Assembly: GCA_030390025.1 (NCBI GenBank)
Contig: CM059432.1
Span: 4,588,001-4,652,000, forward strand
Reading direction: 5' to 3'
Length of the DNA stretch: 64,000 nt
Origin: Squalus acanthias
Taxonomy: Eukaryota
The notes below the pieces were generated by a model. The model saw only the letters and a list, made by a program, of their open reading frames with translations. It did no database searches and was not told the DNA's origin. Position 1 is the stretch's first letter; each line of letters opens with the position of its first letter. A program made the translations under genes and the position numbers. Below, piece by piece: positions 51,001 through 58,725 of the stretch.

Positions 51001-53150
51001 TGATCACCAAAAGGTACTAAATGTACAATATTTGAAAGCACAATTCGGTCCAAAACTTAAAACAAAAGATTATAGAAAGCTTCTGAGAATTATATCTGGA
51101 TCATTTTTTTTTTTTTTAAAAAGAAACTCAAATTACTCCAGTATTCTTTCACAAGCCAGTGAAACAAAAGCAGAAATACTGATATTGCGAGGATATCATA
51201 GCAGTTATTTTAATGTTATTTTGCACCAGAGACAAAAAAAACATCTCATGCCTTTCCTTTCCAAACTGCCATGGAAACAGAAACTTTGTTAGGAGAGAGA
51301 ATAGCAACCTCCACAAAAGTCTTAAAACTGGGCAAAGAGTTATGGTAGATTGCAAACCCATTTAATGAATAAGAACACAAGAATTAGGAGCAGGAGTCGG
51401 CCATTCGGCCCCTCGAGCCTGCTCCGCCATTCAATAAGATCATGGCCGATCTTCTGCCTCAACTCCACTTTCCCACCTGATCCCCATATTCCTGGATTTC
51501 CCTAGAGTCCAAAAATCTGTCGATCTCTGTCTTGAATATCCTCAACGATTCCGCATCCACAGCTCTCTGGGGCTGAGAACTCCAAAGATTCACAACCCTC
51601 TGAGTGAAGAAATTCCTCCTCATCTTAGTCTTAAATGGCCGACCCCTTATCCTGAGTCTATGACCCAAAGTTCTAGAATCTCCAGCCACAGGAAACAACC
51701 TCTCAGCATCTACCCTGTCATACCCCTCAGAATCTTGTATGTTTCAACAAGATCACCTCTCATTCTTCTAAACTCCAGAGAGTATAGGCCCATTCTACAC
51801 AATCTCTCCTCATTAGGACAACCCTCTCATCCCAGGAATCAATTTAGTGAACCTTCGTTGCACCACCTCCAAGGCAAGTATATCCTTCCTCAGATAAGGA
51901 GGCCAAAACTGTGTACAGTACTCCAGGTGTGGTCTCACCAAAGCCCTGTATAATTGTAGCAAGACTTCCTTACTCTTATACTCCAATCCCCCTTGCAATA
52001 AAGGCCAACATACAATCTGCCTTCCTAATTACTTGCTGTACCTGCATGTTAATTTTCTGTGTTTCTTGTACTAGGACTTAAAAAGAACTGCATTGACATA
52101 GCAGCCCATCAGGTCAAAAAGTCAAGGCGCTGCACACACAGTGAAATGATTTTTGAACAGTGTCTATATGTAGGAAAATCGGTACAGTCCCAACAACGTC
52201 CCACTAACAGCAGTTAGGTGAATGTCTGGTTAAACCTCAAGAGAAATTGGGTTTAGTTTTATTTTCAAGTTTAATAATCAGTATTAGTCGCACTCGCGCC
52301 TCCGAGTCAGAAGATTGTAGGTTCAAGTCCCACTACAGAGACTTGAGCACAAAATCCCGGCTGACACTCCAGTGCAGTGCCGAGGGAGTGCCGCACCGTC
52401 AGAGGTACAGTCATTCGGATGAGACGTTAAACCGAGGCCCCGTCTGCTCTCTCAGGTGGGCGTAAAAGATCCCACGGCACTATTTGGAAGAAAAGCAGGG
52501 GAGTTCTTCCCGATGTCCCTGACCAATATTTATCCCTCAACCAACATCACATAAACAGATTATCTGGTCATTATCACATTGCTGTTTGTGGGAGCTTGCT
52601 GTGCGCATTACACATTACAACAGTGACTACACTCCAAAAAGTGCTTCATTGACTGTAAAGCGCTTTGGGACGTCCGGTGGTGGTGAAAGGCGCTATAGAA
52701 ATGCAAGTCTTTCTTTCTATAAGTAGTTACCTTTGCCAAACCAGAGTGGCCACAAGTACCTCAAATATCAACAGGAACGAATCATTTTTACTTTAAAAAT
52801 GCAACCTGTTGCCACACGACTTTAAAAAAAGTGAAATAAAGGCAGCTAAAAGCTTGAACAATTTGAAGTGTTGTACTGCCCTATTATTGCTTCCATCTCC
52901 CATTCCCTCCCCTGCTGCTTGTATTGTAAATAATTTACTTTAACCATCCCCCATGGAGATGGAGTCACTCGGCGCACATCTCCCCCTCAAAGCCCCGGCT
53001 GCATCTATTCCGATGATACGGGGCGAGGGTGGATTTTTTTTTTAAAAAAACAGCTGCTGCTCTGAAACCATCACATTTTGAAAAGGAGGTCAATCTTACC
53101 AGAAGGAGCGAGGTGAGGAGAAAGACCGCAGACCAACCGCGGACCGCCAT
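11698..53150 (-). CDS. DSC: Desmocollin (desmosomal cadherin), complete 16-exon gene, 932 aa, long 'a'-type tail; paralog number not assignable
   Basis: Sixteen GT-AG exons join in frame (51+94+206+129+156+145+173+135+186+248+143+234+225+131+348+195=2799 nt). Protein has a signal peptide, prodomain, RRQKR/RW cleavage with Trp2, five EC repeats (DRE, DxNDN/H) and a TM helix. The tail ends at the catenin-binding segment ([21 protein letters not shown]) with no desmoglein repeat units. Confidence 0.95.
12450..13440 (-). mobile_element. CR1 RT 3' fragment in last desmocollin intron
   Basis: [31 protein letters not shown]. Confidence 0.9.
13719..14066 (-). CDS. DSC: Desmocollin exon 15 (Met/Gly/Asn-rich cytoplasmic segment, 116 aa)
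   Basis: ttttcag| and CAG|gtgaat; open 348 nt, phase 0/0, ending ...LRSRVEQ. Confidence 0.88.
15526..15656 (-). CDS. DSC: Desmocollin exon 14 (TM end, juxtamembrane [16 protein letters not shown])
   Basis: taacag| and AAG|gtgggt; 131 nt; the LIVSN motif is desmocollin-type. Confidence 0.93.
16314..16355 (-). ncRNA. Minimal hammerhead ribozyme motif, inverted copy
   Basis: Minus strand ccagttCTGACGAaatgtcttcgacctGAAACgttaact; one stem II mismatch. Confidence 0.55.
16557..16598 (+). ncRNA. Minimal hammerhead ribozyme motif (Penelope-type)
   Basis: agtt-CTGATGA-a-AGGTC-ttc-GACCT-GAAAC-GTT-aact: core boxes, 5-bp stem II, palindromic AACGTT stem III, short stem I. Confidence 0.65.
17131..17199. 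repeat. (TG)n microsatellite followed by poly-G inside a CR1 fragment
   Basis: About 25 TG units then about 19 G. Confidence 0.95.
17640..18190 (+). mobile_element. CR1 3' fragment
   Basis: VQRRF.RLIP...[10 protein letters not shown]...[14 protein letters not shown]. Confidence 0.85.
18250..18474 (-). CDS. DSC: Desmocollin exon 13 (EC5 end CDC..C and start of TM)
   Basis: GYYEVPV.V.D...CDC motif then hydrophobic [15 protein letters not shown]; tcctag| and |gtaagt; 225 nt. Confidence 0.95.
18734..18863. mobile_element. hAT-type MITE, copy 1
   Basis: CAACG...CGTTG termini; 8-bp TSD ATCTTAAG/ATCTTAAC. Confidence 0.7.
18990..19555 (+). mobile_element. L2-like LINE 3' fragment
   Basis: [30 protein letters not shown]2 tail; a similar copy lies at about 29400-30140. 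Confidence 0.85.
19691..19859. mobile_element. hAT-type MITE, copy 2
   Basis: CAACGCTCCC...GGGAACGTGG termini; perfect 8-bp TSD ATTAACAC; shares the core cgcaggccgctcaccggct...tgcagaaattta with copy 1. Confidence 0.8.
20090..20580 (+). mobile_element. RTE-like LINE 3' fragment
   Basis: [46 protein letters not shown]; a second copy lies on the minus strand at about 53915-54112. Confidence 0.85.
20646..20879 (-). CDS. DSC: Desmocollin exon 12 (VPPRTGTGT...DVNDH...AEDLD...PFTF)
   Basis: EC4/EC5 motifs; acataag| and GG|gtacag; 234 nt. Confidence 0.93.
21890..24020. mobile_element. Cluster of CR1 3' fragments (21890-22450 -, 23000-23495 -, 23640-24020 +)
   Basis: CR1 C-terminal peptide and 3'UTR. 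Confidence 0.8.
24225..24367 (-). CDS. DSC: Desmocollin exon 11 ([18 protein letters not shown]...MDRES...[10 protein letters not shown])
   Basis: DPA.W..I...TG and DRES motifs; aaccag| and |gtaagt; 143 nt. Confidence 0.95.
24714..24961 (-). CDS. DSC: Desmocollin exon 10 (PLDAE...NVDEGPEF...AKDPE)
   Basis: EC3/EC4 motifs; ctatag| and AG|gtacga; 248 nt, phase 0/2. Confidence 0.94.
26053..26238 (-). CDS. DSC: Desmocollin exon 9 (EC3, ...[24 protein letters not shown])
   Basis: GNENGNF...TDPKTN.G motif; cttcag| and AAG|gtaagc; 186 nt. Confidence 0.95.
27862..27996 (-). CDS. DSC: Desmocollin exon 8 ([16 protein letters not shown]...DVNDHTPTF)
   Basis: DVNDH motif; tttcag| and |gtaagt; 135 nt. 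Confidence 0.95.
28121..28590 (+). mobile_element. Full-length tRNA-derived Deu-domain SINE (SacSINE1-like)
   Basis: A box TGGCTCAGTGG, B box GGTTCAAGTCC, core gccgtctttcggatgagac...aaaagatcccatggcactatt, L2-type tail. Other copies at about 25240-25600 -, 38370-38590 -, 40930-41380 -, 47060-47500 -, 50364-50815 +, 52285-52720 +. Confidence 0.85.
29057..29229 (-). CDS. DSC: Desmocollin exon 7 (EC2, AIDIDE...LRYKI...LDRE)
   Basis: A.D.D and LDRE motifs; ttttag| and GAG|gtaggg; 173 nt. Confidence 0.95.
31266..31410 (-). CDS. DSC: Desmocollin exon 6 ([33 protein letters not shown]...)
   Basis: DVNDN calcium motif; cctcag| and G|gtaagc; 145 nt; not in the ORF track. Confidence 0.95.
32717..33481. 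mobile_element. PIF/Harbinger-like MITE with internal hairpins
   Basis: Termini GGCCCGAAAATT / AATTTCTGGGCC, 3-bp TSD ACT, GC-rich ends with AT-rich centre. Confidence 0.65.
34746..34901 (-). CDS. DSC: Desmocollin exon 5 (EC1, IRSD...SGQGVDLPP...VDRE)
   Basis: Cadherin EC1 motifs; ccccag| and |gtaagt; 156 nt. Confidence 0.95.
35008..35136 (-). CDS. DSC: Desmocollin exon 4 ([12 protein letters not shown]...ENAIGPFP)
   Basis: Proprotein convertase site and mature N-terminus with Trp2; tttcag| and |gtaagt; 129 nt. Confidence 0.95.
35450..37730 (+). mobile_element. CR1 LINE 5' portion: 5'UTR, ORF1 (Zn-finger, coiled coil, SGNH esterase), decayed ORF2 endonuclease
   Basis: [49 protein letters not shown]; several frameshifts. 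Confidence 0.88.
37735..37960 (+). mobile_element. Penelope-like pLTR with hammerhead core (37825-37866)
   Basis: cagttCTGACGAaaggccagcgacctGAAACgttaactctg...cagatgctgcc. Confidence 0.7.
39163..39368 (-). CDS. DSC: Desmocollin exon 3 (prodomain VDLERC...[14 protein letters not shown])
   Basis: Cadherin prodomain motif SDPDF..DGS.Y; ttcaacag| acceptor, CAG|gtgggc donor; 206 nt. Confidence 0.93.
39558..39690 (-). mobile_element. Short Penelope-like pLTR with hammerhead core
   Basis: 15-bp direct repeat GAAAGGAATAGACCA (39543-39557 / 39691-39705); minus strand CTGATGAaAGGTCatcGACCTGAAACgttaac. Confidence 0.75.
39720..40345 (-). mobile_element. CR1 3' fragment
   Basis: [24 protein letters not shown]; similar fragments at about 45810-46440 and 51370-52075. 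Confidence 0.88.
40351..40748 (-). mobile_element. Short solo-LTR-like element (398 bp)
   Basis: 10-bp perfect terminal inverted repeat TGTAAGACAC...GTGTCTTACA; minus-strand TATAAG near 40515 and AGTAAA near 40392; no clear TSD. Confidence 0.6.
42035..42087. repeat. (GA)n microsatellite
   Basis: Directly visible dinucleotide run. Confidence 0.95.
42235..42328 (-). CDS. DSC: Desmocollin exon 2 ([31 protein letters not shown])
   Basis: tttatag| acceptor, AAG|gtaaag donor, 94 nt, phase 0/1; start of the prodomain (EAC..VP..L). Confidence 0.88.
43480..44800 (+). mobile_element. Degenerate Penelope-like retroelement ORF (Zn-knuckle + GIY-YIG endonuclease); degenerate pLTR at about 45395-45480
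   Basis: Frameshifted remnants [27 protein letters not shown]...[18 protein letters not shown]. Confidence 0.7.
53100..53150 (-). CDS. DSC: Desmocollin exon 1 (signal peptide [17 protein letters not shown])
   Basis: acaATGG Kozak context, hydrophobic 17 codons, donor CTG|gtaaga, phase 0. Confidence 0.85.
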
Positions 53151-53204
53151 TGTCCCGGAGCCCGGCTTGTGTGGCAGCGGGAGGATTTCGTCTCCTGTCT
53201 GGAG

Positions 53205-53432
53205 AAAAAAGTGTGTGTGTGTGTGTGTATAAAAGGGTGTAAAGTGTGTGTGAAGTTTGTGTACAAAAGCGCGTACACAAGCTTCTGTATGAATAAAAGT
53301 GTGTAAAGTTTGTGTGTAAAGGTATTAAATTTCTGTGTGTAAAATTGTGAGGAAAAGTGTATAAAGTTTCTAAGTGTGTGTAAAAGTATAAAGTTTATGT
53401 GTAAAAGTAGAAAGTTTCTGTCTGTGTGTGAA
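53205..53432. repeat. Low-complexity AAAGTGTGTGT-like minisatellite between promoter and ATG
   Basis: Repeated degenerate aaag(t/g)tgtgtgt units plus (GT)n. Confidence 0.8.
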
Positions 53433-53539
53433 GAAACTGTTTCCTCCTCGCCCTGTTGCAGTAACTCTGAAAGCAAACCAGCTTCTTGTCCTGTGCCTGT
53501 TGTCTCTGAGCTTCAGCTTGTTCTCTGAGCTTTAGCCTG

Positions 53540-53890
53540 TGTGGCTGGGCTGGGCCGCCGCGCCACGCCACGCCCGGCCCCGCCTGCCAGTGTCCTCGCT
53601 CACCTGGGCCCGCCTGCCAGTGTCCTCGCTCACCTGGGCGAGGTCCCTCTCGCTGGCACAGGTGAGCTGCGCCCCGGGCAAAGAGGGGGCGGGGCCCGGG
53701 CCCCCCGCCAGCGTGAGTCACACTTCTTCCGAACAAGATCAGATTTCTTCCAAGCAATCCCGTCTCCCTGGCGACGAATAAACAGATCGGCTTCATTGGA
53801 GAAGAGTGCTTTCTGCATTGCCCTCCCCACCCAGACAAGCTTTTGCACGGCCAGGCATCAGGTGTGCGCCTGTGCCAAACCCAACCGGAA
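53540..53890 (-). promoter_or_regulatory. GC/CpG-rich desmocollin promoter region
   Basis: Upstream of the exon-1 ATG. GC box GGGGGCGGGG 53685-53694; AP-1 TGAGTCA 53714-53720; CACCTG/CAGGTG E-boxes at 53601, 53631, 53659 and about 53859; CCCCACCC at about 53825. Confidence 0.7.
53581..53639. repeat. 30-bp tandem duplication (2 copies) CGCCTGCCAGTGTCCTCGCTCACCTGGGC
   Basis: Identical units starting at 53581 and 53611. Confidence 0.95.
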
Positions 53891-54449
53891 TCTGCAAAAA
53901 AAAATCTTCTCTCTTAGGCAGTCCCTAGGAACCCAGGATGACTTGCTTCCACATTAAAAATGAGTTCGCAGGTGACTGATGAGTCCAATGCGGGACCTGC
54001 ATTCTCTGTCACAGGTGGGGCAGACGGTGGTTGAAGGGGCGGGTGGGTGGGGTGCTTGGGTTGACGTGCGCTCCTTGCGCTGCTTGCGCTTGGCTTCCGC
54101 TTGCTCCCGGCGAAAAAATATTTATATACCAAGATGCCAAAGCAGGTTTATCAGCTCAGCGGGTAGCCACCCTGGCTTCCGAGTCAGAAGGACGTGGGGT
54201 CCGACAGCCCCCGAACTCCAGAGACTTGAGCACAAGAAGCTAGGCTGATGCCCCAGCGTGGTGCTGAGGGAGTGCCGCACTGTGGGAGGTGCCGTCTTTC
54301 GGATGAGACGTTAAAACGAGGCCCCGCCCGCTCTCTCAGGTGGACGTAGAAGATCCCACGGCCACTATTCCGAAGAAGGGCAGGGGAGTTATCCCCCTGT
54401 GTCCTGGGGCCAATATGTATCCCTCAGTCGACATCACTCAAACGCAGAT

Positions 54450-57400
54450 CAATGTGATCATGGCTGATCATCCAAATTCAGTACCCTGTCCCTGCTTTCT
54501 CCCCATATCCCTTGATCCCTTTAGCCTTAAGAAATACATCCAACTCCTTCTTGAATCTATTTAATGAATTGGCCTCTACTGCCTTCTGTGGCAGAGAATT
54601 CCACAGGTTCACCACTCTCTGGGTGAAGAAATTCTTCCTCATTTCTGTCCTAAATGGCTTACCCCTTATCCTTAGACTGTGACCCCCTGGTTCTGGACTC
54701 CCCAACCATCGGGAACATCCTTCCTCCATCTAGTTTATCCTGTCCTGTCAGAATTTTATAAGTTTCAATGAGATCCCCTCTCATTCTTCTAAACTCCAGC
54801 GAGTATAAGCCCAATCGACCCAATCTCTCTTCATACGTCATTCCTGCCATCCCAGGTATCAGCCTTGTGAATCTTCGCTGAACTCCTTCCATGGCAAGAA
54901 CATCCTTCCTCAGATAAGGTGACCAAAACTGCACACAGTACTCAAGGTGTGGTCTCACCAAGGCCCTGTACAACTGCAGCAAGACATCCTTGTTCCTGTA
55001 CTCAAACCCTCTCGCTATGAAGGCCAACATACCATTTGCCTTCTTAACCGCCTGCTGCACCTGCATGCTTACCTTCAGCGACTGGTGCACAAGGACACCC
55101 AGGTCTCGTTGCACTTCCCCTTCTCCCAATCTATTGCCATTCAGATAATAATCTGCCTTTCTGTTTTTGACACCAATGTGGATAACCTCGCATTTATCCA
55201 TGTTATATTGCATCTGCCATGCTTCTGCCCAATCACCCAACCTGTCCAAATCATCCTGGAGTTTCTCGGCATCCTCCTCGCAGCACACACGCCCACCCAG
55301 TTTTGTGTCATCTGCAAACTTGGAGATATTACATCTAGTTCCCTTGTCTAGATCATTAATATATATTGTGAATAGCTGGGATCCAAGAACCGATCCCTGC
55401 GGTACCCCACTAGTCACTGCCTGCCACTCGGAAAAAGACCCATTTATTCCAACTCTTTGCTTTCTATCTGCCAACCAGTTCACTATCCAAGTCAATACCT
55501 TGCCCCCAATCCCATGTGCCTTAACTTTACACGCTAATCTCTTATGCGGGACCTTATCGAAAGCCTTTTGGAAGTCCAAATACACCACATCCACTGGTTC
55601 TCCCTTATCTATTTTACCAGTTACATCCTCAAAAAATTCCAGTAGATTAGTCAAGCATGATTTACCTTTTGTAAATCCAAGTTGACTTTGTCCGATCCTG
55701 TCACTGTTTTCCAAGTGCTCAGCTATTACATCTTTGATAATGGACTCTAGCATTTTCTCCACTACCGATGTCAGGCTTACCGGTCTGTAATTCCCCGTTT
55801 TCTCTCTACCACCCTTTTTGAATAGTGGGGTAACATTAGCTACCCTCCAATCCATGGGTACAGTTCCAGATTCCATCGAATGTTGGAAGATGATCAGCAA
55901 TGCATCTACTATTTCTAGGGCCACTTCCTTAAGTACCCTAGGATGTAGATTATCAGGCCCTGGGGATTTATCGGCCTTCAATCCCGTCAATTTCCCTAAC
56001 ACCATTTCCCTACAAATACTAATTTCTTTCAGTTCCTCCCTTTCATCAGACCCTATGTTCCCCGACATCTCTGGGAGGTTATTTGTGTCCTCCTTTGTGA
56101 AGACAGAACCAAAATATGTATTTAATTGGTCTGACATTTCTTTGTTCCCCATTATAACTTCCCCCGCTTCTGACTGCAAGGGACCTATGCTTGATTTCAC
56201 TAATCTTTTTCTCTTCACATATCTATAAAAGCTTTTACAGTCAGTTTTTATGTTCCCTGAAAGCTTACTCTCGTATTCTATTTTCCCCTTCTTAATTAAT
56301 CCCTTTGTCCTCCTTTGTTGAATCTTAAACTGCTCCCAATCCTCAGGGTTACTGCTTTTTCTGGCCAATTTATATGCCCAACACGGTGGCATATGGGCAA
56401 CACGGTGGCATAGTGGTTAGCACTGGTGCCTCACAGCGCCAGGGACCCGGGTTCGAATCTGACCTCGGGTGACTGTCTGTGTGGAATTTGCACATTCTCC
56501 CCGTGTCTGCGTGGGTTTCCTCCGGGTGCTCCGGTTTCCTCCCACAGTCCAAAAATGTGCGGGTTAGGTTGATTTGGCTATGATAAATTGACCCTTAGTG
56601 TTAGGGGGGATTAAATATGTGGGGTTACGGGGGTAGGGTGGGATATGTGTACTGTGGGGATTAAAGCAGGGATAGGGTACTGGATTTGGATGATCAGCCA
56701 TGATCGTATTGAATGGTGGAGCAGGCTCGACGGGCCGAATGGCCTACTCCTGCTCCTAGATTCTATGTTTTATGTTTCTATGTATGCCCTCTCCTTGGAT
56801 CTTATGCAATCCCTAATTTCCCTTGTTAGCCACAGTTGAGTCACCCTTTTTGTTTTATTCTTATGCCAAACTGGGATGAACAAATTCTGTAGTTCGTCCA
56901 TGCGGTCTTTGAATGTTTGCCATTGCCTATCCACCGTCAACCCTTTGAGTAACATTCCCCAATCAATCCTACCCAACTCGCACCTCATACCATCGTAGTT
57001 TCCTTTATTTAAATTCAGGACCCTAGTCTCTGAGTCAACTGCTTCACTCTCCATCCTAATGAAGAATTCTATCATATTATGATCGCTCCGACCCAAGGGG
57101 CCTCGCACAACAAGATTGCTAATTAATCCTTTCTCATTGCATAATACCCAGTCTAAGATGGCCTGATCTCTGGTTGGTTCCTCGACATATTGGTCCAGGA
57201 AACCATCCCGTAAACACTCCAGGAATTCCTCCTCCATAGTATTGTTACTAATTTGGTTAGCCCAATCTATATGTAGATTAAAGTCACCCATGATGACTGC
57301 TGTGCCCTTATTGCACGCTTCTCTAATTTCCCTTTTAATGCCATCCCCAACCTCCGCATTACTGTTTGGAGGTCTATATATCACTCCCACTAACGTTTTC

Positions 57401-58014
57401 TGCCCCTTGTTATTTCTCAGTTCAACCCATACAGATTCCACATCATCAGAGCTAATATCCTTCCTTTCAATTGTGTTAATCCCCTCTTTAACCAGCAATG
57501 CTACCCCACCTCCCTTTCCTTTTTGCCTATCTTTCCTGAATATTGAGTACCCCTGGATGTTGAGTTCCCAGCCTTGGCCACCCTGCAGCCATGTTTCAGT
57601 AATCCCAATCAAATCATATTCGTTTACCTCTATTTGCGCCGCTAATTCATCCACCTTGTTCCGAATGCTCCTTGCATTAAGACACAAAGCCTTCAGGCTT
57701 GTTTTTTTAACGCTCTTAGACCTATTAGAATTAGTATTTACTGTGGCCATGTTTGATTTAAACCGTTGTTTTCTCTGACTGCCACTTTTGTTTTCCTCCT
57801 TCCTGTCTTTTGCTTTTATCCTTGTTTCCCTTTCCTCTGTCTCCCTGCTCAGGTTCCCAACCCCCTGCCATTTTAGTTTAAACCCTCCACCAGAGCACTA
57901 GCAAACACTCCCCCTAGGACATCGGTCCCGGCCCTGCCCAGGTGTAGACCGTCCGGTTTGTACTGGTCCCACCTCCCCCAGAACCGGTTCCAATGCCCCA
58001 GGAATTTGAATCCC
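54450..58014 (-). mobile_element. CR1 LINE, 5'-truncated in ORF1 (SGNH tail), near-complete ORF2 (APE endonuclease + RT)
   Basis: 57873-58013 DGLHL esterase end; 57750-56790 NARS/ITETWL/GDFN/SDH; 56379-54690 PQGSVLG/FADD; CR1 3' end. Confidence 0.93.
56380..56782 (+). mobile_element. HE1-like V-SINE inserted in CR1 ORF2
   Basis: tRNA-like head (A/B boxes), V-domain tgtgtggaatttgcacattctccccgtgtctgcgtgggtttcctccggg, CR1-type tail, TSD TATGCCC (56373-56379 / 56783-56789). Confidence 0.88.
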
Positions 58015-58725
58015 TGTTGCTGTTTGTGGGAGCTTGCTGTCCGCAAATAGGCTACCGCGTTTACTACATTACAACAGTGACTACACTTCAAAAAGTACTT
58101 CATTGGCTGTAAAGCACTTTGGAACACCCTGAGGTCGTGAAAGACACAAGTCATTTTTTCTTTCATATGCGAATTTTGGTGACAGTGGAATGCCTGGATT
58201 CACATACATTGTGGAGCCTCATATGCAAGTCATCTATGCAATTGCAATCAATGGATAGAGAGAGATTGTGGACAATAGGTGTAGGTAGGCATTTGCAATG
58301 TAAGCAATAACATGTTTTTTTTTCTGCAGGGGCTGTCAGGCATGAAAAATGAGTCATTGATTCTGAGACCGTGAGGAAATGCCTGCTCAAAGGAGATTGC
58401 ATGCATGAGAGCAACTGTACATTGTGTCCCTGTACTTCGAGTATGTTCAGCACTTTGACTGCGTAAACATAGAATTTAAAGCACAGAAATGGGCCATTCG
58501 TTCTAATTGGTCCATGCCGGTGTAAGCATCAGCACAGGCCCCAAGGATTTTTGTATCGGACATTTTGTATGATTGTTACTGCTGATTGACCAGCAGCCTG
58601 TTTGGAGAAGATGGGAGGGGCCCAGGTGTTCGTGATGGACAGGAGATTCCAGCCAGGCCTACAAACTGATTACGGGAGAATGTCTGAGCAGACAGAGTTC
58701 TCTGGGAAACAGTGGGCCCGGGTAG

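Larger units (their letters stand above)
54150..58160 (+). mobile_element. Deu-domain SINE split by the CR1 insertion (halves about 54150-54445 and 58015-58160)
   Basis: Left half ends near ...acatcactcaaacgcagatc; right half resumes ttgctgtttgtgggagcttgctg. Confidence 0.75.

Noticed and set aside
53970..54000. CTGATGAGTCC...GGAC resembling a hammerhead core
   Set aside because: No GAAA follows the stem; it is the reverse strand of the RTE C-terminal SRIGLISH coding sequence.
55167..57778. Plus-strand ORFs of 130-180 aa
   Set aside because: Antisense shadows of CR1 ORF2; the same applies to most short ORFs in the track.
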